Assembly (NCBI GenBank): GCA_010093705.1
Contig: MU006096.1
Span: forward strand, 111,558 to 175,557
Origin: Patellaria atrata CBS 101060
Taxonomy: Eukaryota
Direction of reading: 5' to 3'
Length of the DNA: 64,000 nucleotides
Shown here: positions 50,467 to 64,000 of the stretch, one piece after another
Layout: each line of letters starts with the position of its first letter
How positions within the stretch are numbered: position 1 is the first letter of the stretch
Notes under the pieces: generated by a model
Seen by the model: only the letters and a program-made list of their open reading frames with translations
What the model was told of the DNA's origin: nothing
Databases searched by the model: none
Program-made: the position numbers and the translations under genes

Positions 50467-53400
50467 TTTCAAGGTCGCTCCCGCCCACAAAATATCTGGT
50501 AAGCAAATACCTCGGCGTCCTGCAAGTTATGCCAAGAAAATGGACGTGTTTGCATGAAGTGCAAACGTGCAGATTTGTTTGTACGATTTGCACAAGCTCA
50601 GGCTAAATGACCCCTGGCAACCTGGAATAGAGATGGTTACGGACTTCAAGGGGCGGAAAAATTGATATCAAAACTGCGGGCACCGATCCTAGAACGTGCA
50701 CAAGCATGCGCTGTTCACTCCAGTATCTATTGCCCGCGGGCATCGAAATGGTGTTGCAGCAGTTCAAGGTTGCGGAGATCAGGGGTTGAAAACCCGGTTC
50801 CTTGTGTGATATCCCCCTGGATTCCCCAACCTTAAACAGACCTCAGCAACGGGTCTCCAGCACGCGACTGATGACATCACTGGCATCGCTCTCATCTTCA
50901 GTTCTGCCTCAAATCTCATCAACATCCTTCCAGCAATGCGCGAGATGCTTCAAATCTGCCCGCTACCATTGTCCGCTGTGTATCGGACCGAAAGAAAGAC
51001 TGTCCGTTGTCATGCCGACGCCACAAATTCCGGTAAGTAGTTAAGACCAATAAGAAGCAAGAGATAGTAAATTCCTCCATATGTCCCTCTAGTGGTAGCA
51101 ACCATTTCATACATTTTGGCCATCTGTCTCTGCATCTGTCTGCCGCTAATGTTATCTCAATATATGCGCTGCGCAATATGCCAGAGTATCGAAAATGCAC
51201 AGCTATGCAGAGCCGATCCCCGTGAATACGAGCGAGCCTCAGGGAGTTGTCGCCCCTGCATTTACATTACTACCCAATCCGTCCGCGAGCCCTCCATCTG
51301 CAGTTCCCGGCTTCGGTTGCCTGGCGTTTATCCTATCCTTGTTTCCGCTTCTTAATATCTTTCAAGATTGCTTTGCATTCAGATTCTGCACTGTCCCTGT
51401 GTCCCTGTACAAGCATTCCTCTTGCTGCATGCACGCCACACATCAGGGCGATCTTCACTGTAATCTGTCCTGGTTTAGGCTTCTCTCGTCTTCCTTTTCT
51501 GTTTATCCTATCTGACATATGCACGCCACACCGGCATGGGACGAAGGGATCGACCTAATCTTCACTACTGCATTTTTAGACGTGCTGGACCAAAGGTACA
51601 TGTATGCTACAGCAACTTTTCCCGCCGCCATAACCGCTGCTACAAGTTTCCAACTCTTTATCTTTTGGGAACTTCCTCCTTCGTTCAAGAGTGAAAGTCC
51701 GGGAAACTCCTCCTGAGTCCGAGCGCCTAAGCGCAGACCGACTTTTGATTCAGAAAGGGAAATCCATGGCCACGACTGTATTGATAAGGCCAAATTTCAG
51801 TTTTTTTGGATGTCGACTGTGGTTCCAACATGCAACTCTTGATCGGGAGACCGCCCCTTATTGTCCGGGCCACAACTATCTTCGCGCCAGCTCGAAAGCG
51901 TTAATTATGCGCAATGATGGAGTTGCCCAGCGTCCGAAATTGAAACTAACCAGTGCGACCCTTTGTCTGTAATATAACCTCACATATGCATCTCTGGTAC
52001 TTGGGACTGGGAATATTTGGAATGTATCTGGCAAGGGACCCTAAACCGTGGTATTCGTGCAAACAACGCCTTCTCCACATATCTACATGCCCCCGAAACA
52101 GCAAAATATGCATGATGTCATGGCCAGATAAGGTTGTATTCGAGAAGGAAGCATGAAGTTAGAATCCCGACGGATTATCGATCATGTTGTCCCCTGTTAT
52201 CCCTGATCTGCTCCGTGCAAACACAAGCCTTCAGAGATCTACACTGTGGACCCTACATGGAGAGGTCCGTTCCGCCAAAAGTGTGGAGGTTAGAGTGGGG
52301 GATGGTTCCCTTGAGGCGAATACGGGATCCCTCGTTATGTGCAGCGTCGCTTACGTACTCCAGGTTTCGTAACATGAGATTTTCTTCAAGCGAGAGACTC
52401 AAGGTCAAGTTCAGGTAGGGTTCTACGGAAACAGTCGACCGTCGCTCCGGGAAGACAACCGAACGAGAGGTCGATCTAGAGCCTCATAAGTTTCGGTGAA
52501 CGTTATCTAAGGTACAGAATAACTAAGAACAAAGTCCATAATTAGAACGTGAGGTCAGATATATTCTTTTGCAGCGACAGAACCATGGTTCACTCACTGT
52601 CGGTTGGACGGTAGCAGTGTCTCCGATCCGGAAAGCTTAATAGCCTGAGAATCGAGTGTGTAAGGGCCATAACTCTAGAGAGACTCTTCAATATCAGTCT
52701 AGAACGTAGACTGCGCGATGGGCCCACTAAAGGAGATCTTAATTAGGACGTCTTGTTTCTCGAGATCTATCTTGAACACTGGTATATAAAGTTGCGGCGC
52801 GAAGGACTATTATGAAATGGCGTGATAACTAAATGCCATCATATCGAGTATAGAGTCGAGCAAGAATTGCGAGATTTAGTATCATCAAATTGCTAGTCAA
52901 GCCGGGACGACGCATGAAAATGGAGAAGAAGGTTGATGATGAACCCTACTCGTGTATCAGGATACGAGTCGTAGAATCTGTGTCTGGGGCTCTAGTAAAA
53001 GATTTGTACAATATGCAGTAATGGAAGAGAAGGAAAGTCAGAAATGATGAGCTTTATGGAGGTTACTCACCTGCACCTCCCTTTATTGTCCAAAGAGGGA
53101 AGAAAGCATGTTTAACCTCAGATATTAGGAGCGATGCAACTCCTATGACCGCAGTGGCCACATGCTTAAGACCCTAGATTTTATAATGAGAGGATGTCAA
53201 ATGAGAAAGAAGATAAGAATACCACAGCAGAGACTGATGTAGAATTTTAGATTGGAGATCTTGTTCAGCTTGAAGATTATCTACAAATGGACTCCATGAA
53301 CTAGAACCGAACTATGCTAGACAGCCATGCAGCGATTGTAGCGTTCAAGTGCGCATGCGTGAACAATCTAAGGTAAGGACAAAAGCCAAAACACCTGCTC

Positions 53401-53632
53401 ATACAACTAAAACATATGAAAATGCAGTTGTTAAAAGGAAATGCATCTAGATATCGTTACTTAAACATTATAAGAATACATACTGTCCAATGACAGGACG
53501 AATGACGATCCCGAGTTACCTGCCGAAAGTAGAACGTTGCTCCCGATCCAATGTCCTAAAGCATAGGAGCTGTCCCAAAAAAGAAAGTTGTAGAGACACA
53601 GAAGAAGTTGTAGCATCGGAAGCACTATATGC

Positions 53633-56600
53633 TTATGCAGATAGATTCAAGCCTTTTCTGATCAGATGACCAAGCGTTTCACCCTGAATAATTTGTCAGT
53701 AAATGTCTAGGAGAATGTGTAGAGTGAGTAGATCAAACTCACATGTTCATCTCTCATCATGGTGAAGTGGTTCCCGTCCATGACAGCGAACTCCATATTT
53801 TCTGGATGGACTAGTTGCGCCCATCCATTATCGCCAAAGTCGGTGCGATTGTCTAATAGCCACTTCATTGGCTTGGGATCCTCACCCTCAGCAGGCGGAG
53901 GTCGTGGATCACCAGGCTTACCACATACGCCCTCTCTAGCCCAGATAGCAAACGTAGTTGGTGCTTTGTCCTTGGGCATAGGCTGCGGATCATAGTCCGA
54001 TAGTGCCTTGATTGAGGACTCGAAGTGAGGAAGCAACCATCCAGGCGTGCCTCCAGCTTTACCGGTCCCAAGAAGACCAATCTGATCGAAGAAGTGGTGA
54101 AGACGAGCGGGCAGTGGTTCGAGATTGACAGGACATGGTGAATCAATAAGAATAAGCTTCTCGATCTTTTCGCCCATGGCGAGAAGTTGCATAGCGACTT
54201 CATACGCTACTACACCGCCAGCAGACCAGCCGCCGATGATGTAAGGCCCCCTAGGTTGACGACGTCTCATCTCAGCGAGATAGAGCGCAGAGACGCCATC
54301 AATACCACAAGTAAAGTCTTTTGGTTTCTTCATAAAGGGGCAATTGAGACCGTAGACAGCCATGTCAGGTGAAATGTTAGGGATACTGATGTACGAGGTC
54401 GCACTACCAGACCCATCGGGAAATAGGAAAAATTTCTTTGTTGCGATTTTAGCATTGCCTTGAAGCAAAACTGAAGTCGCGGGGGGAAGCTTGGAGAGGT
54501 CTCTGGCGACAGGTATCAACCTTCTGTTGACCTCCGCGAGTTGTGGGGACTTCGGGGGTTGGGGTCGAGTTTTATCCTCCGAGTGGACTTTTTTGGTCTC
54601 AATCTTGACCTGAGGTTTGGGCTTGGGACGCATACCAAGAGCATTCTCGATGTCCTCGATACATGCATTGGTCACAAGAAAGGTAGATGGAAGGTCAATA
54701 CCGGTCTTCTCACGAAGCGCACCAAGGACTGTAAGGCTCATCAGTGAATCCATGCCCATCTCTGCGAGATCAGCTTGATCAGTGATTTCAGAAACGCTGA
54801 CACCCATCTCTTCAGCAACGATCTGACGAGCAATGGATACCTCACCGGCGGAACTTTCAACACTGTTACCTTTTATCTCGACGTCAAGGCTGTCCTCCTT
54901 GCCAGATAAGCTAGGAGCGGAACTGGGTGGAGTGCTAGCATTATCATCGTCATACGGCGTAGGAAGGTCGGAAAGTTCGTCCGAGTCCTCATCAGAATCT
55001 TCCGATTCAACCAAGGGAGCGGCGCCGTCGTACTGAGCAAAGAATTTCTTCATACCACCAACGGTGGGATAGTCTGTGAAGAGCGTCGAGCTGATTTCAA
55101 GGTCCAACTCCTCTCTGAACTTAGCTGATATGGTCAGGGACATTAGAGAGTCGACGCCCAAATTCTCGAAAGCAGCTTCATCGACCAACTCGGACATATT
55201 CACATCGGTCTCTTCGGCGATGATCTTCATGACGCGACCCGTGATGGTGTTGCCGGCAGGTTTGTTGACAGCAGGTTTACCGACCTTAGCAGCCTTAGGT
55301 TTCACTTTCATCGGAGCTTCGGTCTTCATACTCTTTCGTCGGATGGGAATTACATCTCTTGCTGGAGTTGGTGGTCGTTTCGCTGGTGCTAAGTCTGCCT
55401 TAACAGGTAGCTTGCCACCGCCGGGCGGAAGCATGATGTTCAAAGCGCGCCGAGGGATATTCTGGAACTTAAGTCCATTGACGACACCAATGATATTTTC
55501 ACCTTCAAAGATATATACGTCACCCACAGAGATATTACCAGGAGCTGGTTGCATCCGGACGTAGGATCGGTACTCCTTGTTGGCAGAAAGCGCCTTGGAA
55601 ATCTTGATGGACCCCCAACCATGAGAGATATAAACAGATTTTTCAGAGTCAATCAAGTCGCTGGCGTTGACAATGAAACCCGAGATATGGGCTAGAGAAT
55701 CGATCCAGAATGGGGAGCAGTAATAGTTTCCATCAGCTTCAGTAGTTTGGAAATGAACTTTTGAGGTGGCTTCCGTCTGTTTACCGTCAAGAATGACCTC
55801 TTCCATGCCACGGTAAACGGGAGAGTAGTTCACTAAAGCTTTGAAAAGCTTATAGGCCATCCCACGGAGCACCTTATGTGCAGCGCCGGTTTGGAGTTTC
55901 TGATGCAACAGGTCAATCTGGGTTTGAACCATGAATTGCGTCCGCTGCCATTCTTCCTTCCAGCTTTCGACATCTTCATACTTTACTGATCCGAACGCAT
56001 GCTCCACAAGAAGTTTCCCTTCAGGCGTGACGCTACGAAATCTGAGTTCAACGGTGTTCTGTTCGAGATCCGCAGTAGCCTCAAGCTGAATGTGCTGACC
56101 CTCTGCTGGAGGTGGAAGTTTAGCAATTAAAGGCTTCGGAACCTCCATTTTGCAAATGTTGAGACCTGGAACTGCAGTTTTGGGTCGAAGTTGTCGGTAC
56201 AGATAATCCGCAGCGGTCATTGCCATATCTGCATAGAGAGAGGATGGGCATAGTGCGGTGTCGTTAACCAGGTGGCCACTAACAGCTTTGTGGAGTGTAG
56301 GGTCTGCTAAATCGGATTGGATGACAATTGTGCCAGAATTTGCAGAGAGATTTTCCAAAACAATACGTTGACAAGAAGTAGTCGACAATTTCGATTTCGT
56401 CTCAGCGACTTGACGCTCTTCTTTGATGGGAGCTTGGGCTTCACCCTTAGTCAACGTCCAGTTGTTGTGGTACTCAAGCCAGTACCTCTTCTCATCAAAG
56501 GAGTAAGTTGGGAGTGTTAACAACTCATGGGCTTCGTTGAATTCCTTGTGATATTCGTTGAAATCGATTGCAACACCCGCTTGGAATAGCACTGTAAGAC

Positions 56601-59600
56601 TGGTTGACAATGTCTTCCACGGATCTTCGTTACGTCGTAGAGATGGGGCAGTGACAGGGGTGCTATCAAGAGATGACTTGATCATGCTAGAGCAGACGGG
56701 GTGAGCGCCAATCTCAAGCCAAGCAGTCTTGGTATCAAAAACCTTGTCATCTTGTCCAGCCCTCAAAGCAGCCGCGAAATTGACTGTTTCTCTTGCGTGT
56801 CGTGCAAGATATTCTGGTCCAATTATCCCGCTTTCGCGGATGACGGAACCGTGTAGAGGAGAAAGGACCGGCACTGATGGCTTGCTGAAGGTCACGCCGG
56901 CAGCGACAGCTTTGAAGGAGTCCAAAATTGGGTCAACCTGGGCAGAGTGGAAAGCAAAAGGCACGTTCAGTTTGGTAGCCTTAAACCCTTTGGCGGAGAG
57001 CATGTTGCTGGCCTCATCCACCACCTCACCTGTACCACAAAGGACAGTCTCCTCTTGACTATTGATGCATGCAATTTCAGTCATCTTCGAGCCTAGAACG
57101 GCTTCAATTGTCTCTCGTCCACCTTTGACTGCAAGCATGCCGTGTGTGTACTCAGTGCAATCCTTGACAAGCAATTCGGCCCTACGACCGACTAGGAGAA
57201 TCATGTCAACGGCGGAAATGACACCGGCAACATGCAGAGCAGCATATTCACCAAGGCTGTGTCCGATGACAGCAGATGGTTTAACACCCCAAGATGCCCA
57301 CATACGAGCTAGTGCGACCTGGATACATGCCATACCCAGTTGTACAACAACGGGGGATAAAGTTTTGACTTCAGTACCATCAAGTAGCGGAAGGAAGGAT
57401 GGAAGCCCCTGTAGACATGCGAGACTGTCGAGCTGATCGATATCTGCCTTGAAAGATGGCAGGTCCTCGTAAAGTTTCTTGCCCAAAGCTGTGTACTGTG
57501 AGCCTTGGCCTGTGAAGGCGAACGCAGTATTAGTTGGTACCATAGCAATTGGGCTATAAGTGTCTTTGATTTGTGCTTGCAATGCATCCTTTACCTTCGA
57601 AATCTCGGAGACGGTGAAAGAGACTCTGTAGTTGTGCTGGATGCGGCGAGCAGTTGTTGTGTATGACAAACTTGGTAGGGTAGTATCGGGGTTCTCGCTA
57701 AGATATTGGAGCAGGTTGGTGATGTTACGCTTCAACGATGCGATCGAACGTGCGGTGACCGTAACAATGTGACTTGTTCGAGGATCCTGCCCCTTTGGTG
57801 CTTCCCGAAGTGGACCATCTTCCAAGATGACGGCTGTGTTTCCTCCAGCAGCACTAAAGTTGTTCAAAAATAACTTGCGCTTCTCGCTGCCCTTTCTTGG
57901 GTAAGCGACTTGTTGGGTCTCGATATGGACATTTCGCTGTGTTAGATCCTTCGGGAAGGTTTTGTTCATTACACCCTTGATGCCCACATTCGCGGGAATA
58001 GCATTCTTCTTCAACATCATCATGACTTTGATGAGAGAATTGATGCCAGAAGCAGCTTCACCGTGCCCAATATTTGCCTTGATAGCTCCCAGGTGTAAGG
58101 TCTGCTCCGGACGCCTCTGCCTGTGACGAGGAGCAAAGACGTTTGTTACTGAGGTCATCTCGATTCCATCACCAGCCTGAGTTCCAGTACCGTGCATTTC
58201 AACATAGCTGATCTCATGAGCATCGACACCGGCATTGGCGAGGACTCTTTTGTAAAGATACTCTTGTGCACCGGCGTGTGGATGGGTAATTGACACAGCT
58301 TCTGCGGAGTGATTGGTTGCAGCACCTAATATGCAACCCAAAATGTTATCCTTGTCAGCAATCGCATCCTCATACCGTTTCAAGATGACTGTTCCACAAC
58401 CATCGCCTCGACAGTAGCCATCAGCATCATTGTCATAAGTCTTGCAACTGCCTGTCTTTGAAAGAAATTGCCCCTTGCTGAGGCCGGCAAAAATGTCTGG
58501 GTTAGTGAGAACATTCAAGCCTCCAGCACAAGCTGTATCACAGTCACCAGCCCATAATGAAGTGCAAGCAAGTTGAATGGCAGCCAAGCTAGATGAACAA
58601 GCCGTATCAATGCTGAATGACGGGCCACTAAACTTGAAGTAATAGTTTATGCGGCCCGGAGCAAACGCGCGGACACCACCGGTGATGAAGTAGGTGTCGA
58701 CATTTTCCGCCGCGTTTATTTCGCGCCAATCATCGGAGGTTTGCCCATAGAAGGTGCCTATTCTGTTGAGCTTAGTAGATGGTGTACGATTGGGAACATA
58801 GCCGGACATCTCCAGCGCTTCGTATGCAGTGACAAGAGCTAAACGACCCATTGGATCCGTTTGAGCTGCCTCACGCGGAGACATGTTGAAAAACCTAGGG
58901 TCGAAAAGGCCCGGTTCATCGATGAAGCAACCATATGGAGTATGACTCTTATTCTTTCCCTTCCCAGAAGGATCGCAATGCGCCTGCGCATCGAACCGAT
59001 CTGGAGGAACCTCACGATGAACGTCTAGACCCTTCTCTAAAAGTTCCCAAAGCTTCTCATGAGATGCAGCGCCCGGAAACCGGCCAGCCATACCCACAAT
59101 CGCGATTTTGTCGTTTTGAGTCCGTCCTAGAGTTTCGTCTGACTTAGATGCCCAAGACGCTTGATCATTGATCTGTATATTTTGCTGCCCTCCAGCTTTA
59201 AGGGCGGAAACGAGACTGTTTGCTACATTCGTAACACCCATGGTGGAGACAGAACAATCTGGGGTGTGAACATTCGTGATCTGTGTGACAACTTCCTCCA
59301 ACAAACGGTCCCACCTTACAGATTCCCTGAGAATCTCGGCTAGAACAAGTTTCACAAGTTCGAGGGTGCTAGTTGCTGAGTGACATTTCCCGGTCGCGGC
59401 TGAATGAACGAGAGCTCCTGGCTTGAACAATTTCAATAAGTCTCTTGACTGTGAATCCAGGATTCGCTCAATATCCGCGTCAGTGAAAAGATGGGGTGCG
59501 TGGTAAGGGGCAAAGATGGGAATGGGGACCCGATGGTTTTTATTAACGGCGGGAGATTCTTGAAGAAATCGCTCGGTTGTCGATGGAGGACCACTTATTG

Positions 59601-60273
59601 TTAGAGCCATTACGCTCACTGCACTCACGTATGCATATCTAGATTCCGGAATGCCCATTTGTTCATGGAATTCCGCAAGAGCGGCTTTGGCAGCTTTTTC
59701 GGAGATGCCGGTCACGATCGTGGACCAGCTTTCCCGGCTATCCGAATTCTGACTTAGAGCATCCCGAACGGCCGCAACACATGAGCCAGTGCGAAATGCA
59801 ATTCTCACCGTTTCTACAGCAAGCGGTAACAAGTCCGTGAGTGATTTCGCTGAAGCAGTAGCAGCACCGGCGAGAAGCCCCGTGCAAAGACCAATCACTC
59901 GTGTATTGGCTTGAGGTGGTAGTTCTAATGGATTTTCGCCATAGTACCTAAGGGGCTATTAGTACCTCATTTGTTCAGGAGATGCGAGGACTTACCCAAT
60001 GTAGTGACCGAGTTGCGCTATTGCCAAAAGACAACTGTCAATTTGAGGAATTCTTACGCCCTTCTCGTAGTAGTTTTCGATCAGATGTGAGATGGACAAG
60101 AAGTCAGGCATGCTTTCTCTTTGCACACGGGGTAATCTCTGAATCTCCCCCCTAAGAGAGACGCCCACGCGCTCCAGAAAGGTCGTAAGGAGTGCATTGT
60201 TCTTTCTCGAAACTACTCTCCGTAAAAAGAAATACTGATCTGCGGTCTGGTCGCCGTACACGTGAATATTCAT
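53633..60273 (-). CDS. PKS1: Non-reducing polyketide synthase (SAT-KS-AT-PT-ACP-ACP-TE), DHN-melanin T4HN synthase type
   Basis: SAT GLCTG, KS DTACSSSL, AT GHSLGE, PT domain, two ACPs (GVDSLM, GMDSLM) and TE (GGWSAGG, NHFTMM); introns 59948-59995 and 53684-53742. Confidence 0.95.
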
Positions 60274-63200
60274 CGTGAAAGATGTGATGGTGAAAACCTT
60301 AAAGGATGGAAGGAGTAATCTCGGGTTATAATGCTTATCCTATCATCTAGTTGAGGGCCGAGGACGTGACGGAGAACGTGACCAAGTCAGAAAGAATGGC
60401 CTGGAGGTGTTGGAAGAATGAGGTTCTTAGAAAGTCAATCAGTCAGAGTCAGGGGAAACTTAGACTGAACCTCTTCATGGTCGAAGGAAATGAAGAAGAG
60501 ATTGGTCCACAGGTGAAGGATTAAAATATCAGAAGCAACTGGGGCTGGTCTCCCATTCTATATTTGTACCCCAATGTCCTCTCGTCATCACGGTTCAGCC
60601 ATAAGATGTAGATAGTAGGCAATGATCGATAGCGCCCAGCCCGAACGGACCCAAAGCGAAAGCACAGATACGGGGTATTCAGGCCATCAAAGATGCCGAA
60701 GATCTGCGGTAACAACATATTGACGTGTGAGAAGCTGTAAGTCGATATGCAGCAAGACCATAATAGGGGATTCCCTGGTTGGTTTTGCCTTGCTTCCGAG
60801 AACGAATGGTGTGCAGGCATAGTGGTTCTTCCGATCGAAGATTCAAGCTATTGTTAGGGTGCTGCGGGCATAGTAAGTTCCCTTCCAGCCGCCACCTGTG
60901 TCGATAGAGAAGTTTAGATCGATAACAGAGATGAGACAGTAGTAGAGATGTTACTGAAAGTGCAATGTTTCGAAGATCAGCCAGGAAGTCGGGTCCCCTC
61001 AAGCCGTCATTCTTCGCTACGGGGGTAAACCAGCTGTTATTATGTCAGCATATCATTGCTTTGATACCTGAAATTGGATGAATGCGACCAAATCAAGTTT
61101 AATTCCACTATGCTAAATATGATCACCAAAACGTTGAAATTGCATTTGGAAAACGATTGACATTACGCCAGTTTTGCTTGAGCAAGGGGACAGTACACAG
61201 GAATTCATTGAACGAATAACACAAATCAAAGGTTTAACCTTGCTACCGTACAGGCGTACACTGTAGCAATCATCTTACAAAAGCGTCTGATGACAAGATC
61301 ATCACGAATAACGGAGATCAATTCCAAAATGTACTCACCTTACGCCTCTATTCTTTTGATCTTTCGGATCGCTCGGGCCGTGCTTCAACTCTGTAGATTA
61401 TGCGGTGCATCTCTACACTGCGGCTGGCGGAAGACATCTGGCTACGGTATCAACACTGCTAGAATACTAGATTGTTACACGAGGCACGCTTCCTTCAAAC
61501 GGGTAACTCTGCTACCCGTTGCTAGCAGCTTACATGTGGTACCTGTGGCAATGGCTCCCTTAGTGTATTGTAAAGCCGCAGAATTAATCCCCACGGATTC
61601 CCGAGTACGAGTGATAAGATACTAAGGAGGGAAAGTGGGTCTCAGGTACAGCGGTATCGTATCTGAAGTTTACGTCGCGCGGTAGAGCGGTTATGACGAC
61701 CGAAACCTCCATGGGTGTGAATGGGCATTTTATACTGCATGAAAATATACGAGGCTCAAGGTATATCGTCAGCGGCAGCGGTAGAGGCTTGAAGGGGTAT
61801 CGAGAAATGGTTTAGGATATTGTCGTGGTAGCAGTATTTGCAGGACGTAGTGGAGGTTGAGGATTCTTGGAAACCGCTCGCTATCCGGCTAATCACGCGT
61901 CTGCAGACAGTCTAGTCTAACAATGCCGTTGCCATATCCTTTGAAAAACACACCCGCATCGGTGGATAGTCCGAATAAGGACAAAGTTTAGAGAGGAAAT
62001 AACACTGAGGTGTATCTGGTCATGGTCATAACTCCTTTTCACCTAATTTTAAGATATGAGGAATAGAACATTCGCAGATCGTGCTCTCTCAGTAGATTAA
62101 TCAGGGTCTACAATGCCCAACCAGCATTGTGACCGCTGAGTTCTCCCCAAGTCCGAGACTTCTTCGGGATCATGCCGATATCTCATAGTATAATAAGACT
62201 ATGGACAGCGCCGCTCCAGTCTCGCGAATCTTAAGCCAGCCTGTTGGCTGTCATTCAGGGCCCAATTCCCTTGCAGGAGGGTCCGAGTATGACGGTGAAC
62301 CCCACGTTCCCCTGGCTGTGCATTATGCGTAAATGGCTCGAAGCAAGTCGAAAGGACGTTCAGACGTCAACCGGCAGCAGGTTCAGTCTTTCTTCAACAG
62401 CTCGATATGGCAAATTCCATCGAATCAAACGCCATACATTTCCTTAGGGCTCAACTCACTCGAGGAACAGAGCAACTCATATCTATCGCCCAGAGAAACG
62501 GGCCCAAAGAGGTTACCGCTCAACAAGTTTCATCCACCATAGTGAGAGGGTGGTTATACTAGTAGGCTCGGGTTTCAAGCGATCTCTCATTTCCGCAGCT
62601 GCTGAATGTTTCAAGCAAAGCAGTCCCAACTCATGGTACTTTCAACGACCATAGCCTCAGCGCAGTCGGATGACGAGCGAGATAGCTTGATAGGACAAGG
62701 AGGTTTAGGAAGAGGACGTTTTTAGACTTAGAGATCATCTGCTCGGCTCTCTTCAGCTTCTATAATCTATTCCTAGTTGGGACTAGTATGCGCTTGTATC
62801 CGTTGGAGACCCGAAAAATTCAAAAACTCTAAACAGGCGACAGAGGCTTTCAAAAGTCTTGAAATTCTAATAACAACAAATCATCTCCCTTGACGTTCAT
62901 TTCAGGAGCCCTTCGTAACTATTCTCTGCAAACTCAGCGCAGTGGGCAGTGCTAGAAATATGCGTTCACGGCGTCTTCACCTATGACCTTCCAGCGACAA
63001 CCCCAGGGCAAAGCAGGATTGACTGAGAATTTCTGATAGCCTAAGGGCCCCCAGGCGTCGTCGGAAATTATGAAGAAGAATCCTATTCCGGCGGGTCTTT
63101 GCATGATTCTCAACAACATGTAGAGCTCTACCGCCAAGTATCTACACAGTTGATATTGTTTCTTCAATAATGTTTATCTCTTTCTAGAATCTTTCAATTC

Positions 63201-64000
63201 TCCGGCACCAATCTTGAAGGGGACATTGCACGAAGGAACCTGTAGCTACGGAGTCGGCTATTCCAGGCTCCAGAGCGTATCTTGACGGAAATTTTCAGGC
63301 GCAAGCACGACCTCCACACATTTGATTCCTTACAAAACTGGTTCAGTTGCTATACGTGTTAACTCTTCTGGCGCCCTCGGTGTTACCCGAACAGAAATTC
63401 ATGGTACAGCTTTATCGTGAAGTTTAAAGGATGCGTTGGTCTATGGAATCGATATACAGGAATCACACTAATATACCGTTATTCATTCAGTTCTAGAAGT
63501 AAGTCCTCAGATCACATAATTGGTCAATTTCCTATAAGTTCCATATCAAAAACCTTATACCTATTTTAGGTACAGCGCTTTGCACTCGTAGTAGTATATC
63601 TTACAGCGTGAGCCCCTAGTATATTGCTTGATGTCTCGCAAAAGCCTATCCTTACCTCGATTTCAACAATATCAATCATCTGATAGGACAGGTACATCCT
63701 AGTAATAGCAGATCCAAAGTTATTGGACTTGAGAGAGCGAAGTTGAATCTCAAGTTAGAGCACATAAACACTAGACTCCCGCCTTAGCTATTTTCTTTAC
63801 TGGTGCTTGAACAATCATGTCTCCTATAGAGCCTCTCGCCCTGTTCTTGGTCCCGATACAGAGGGATTAGAGAGTATGCCAAATGATTCCATATATACAA
63901 CGGTGAACGTAGTAGTAGATCGTATTTGAGATACAAGAACTCCGCTTTACACAGATATACTACTTTGTGGGAGTACTAGATCCGTCGAGGGACCTTTAAT

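Overview
Gene-dense window of a filamentous ascomycete nuclear genome (Pezizomycotina, probably Dothideomycetes), with mostly short 45-65 nt GT-AG introns. About 21 protein-coding genes can be supported: POL2 (runs off the left edge), COX20, a conserved hypothetical, a divergent histone H2B/H2A pair, a five-exon complex I B22/NDUFB9 gene missing from the ORF track, KGD2, a hypothetical, RRP6, a GPI-anchored fasciclin, a LETM1-like protein, ASF1, SRO7/Lgl, a YTP1-like membrane protein, pyruvate decarboxylase, BCK1 MAPKKK, a Jid1-like J-protein, a hypothetical, prefoldin subunit 3 and a DHN-melanin-type non-reducing PKS. Three patterns are not explained by these genes. (1) The ~4.4 kb gene-free gap after SRO7 holds two adjacent families of diverged tandem repeats, and one family keeps a perfect ACGCGT box in every copy. 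(2) Perfect ACGCGT (MCB) boxes lie inside introns of the S-phase genes H2A, H2B and ASF1. (3) The longer introns carry stem-loops. All calls were made by eye from the sequence; no database searches were run.
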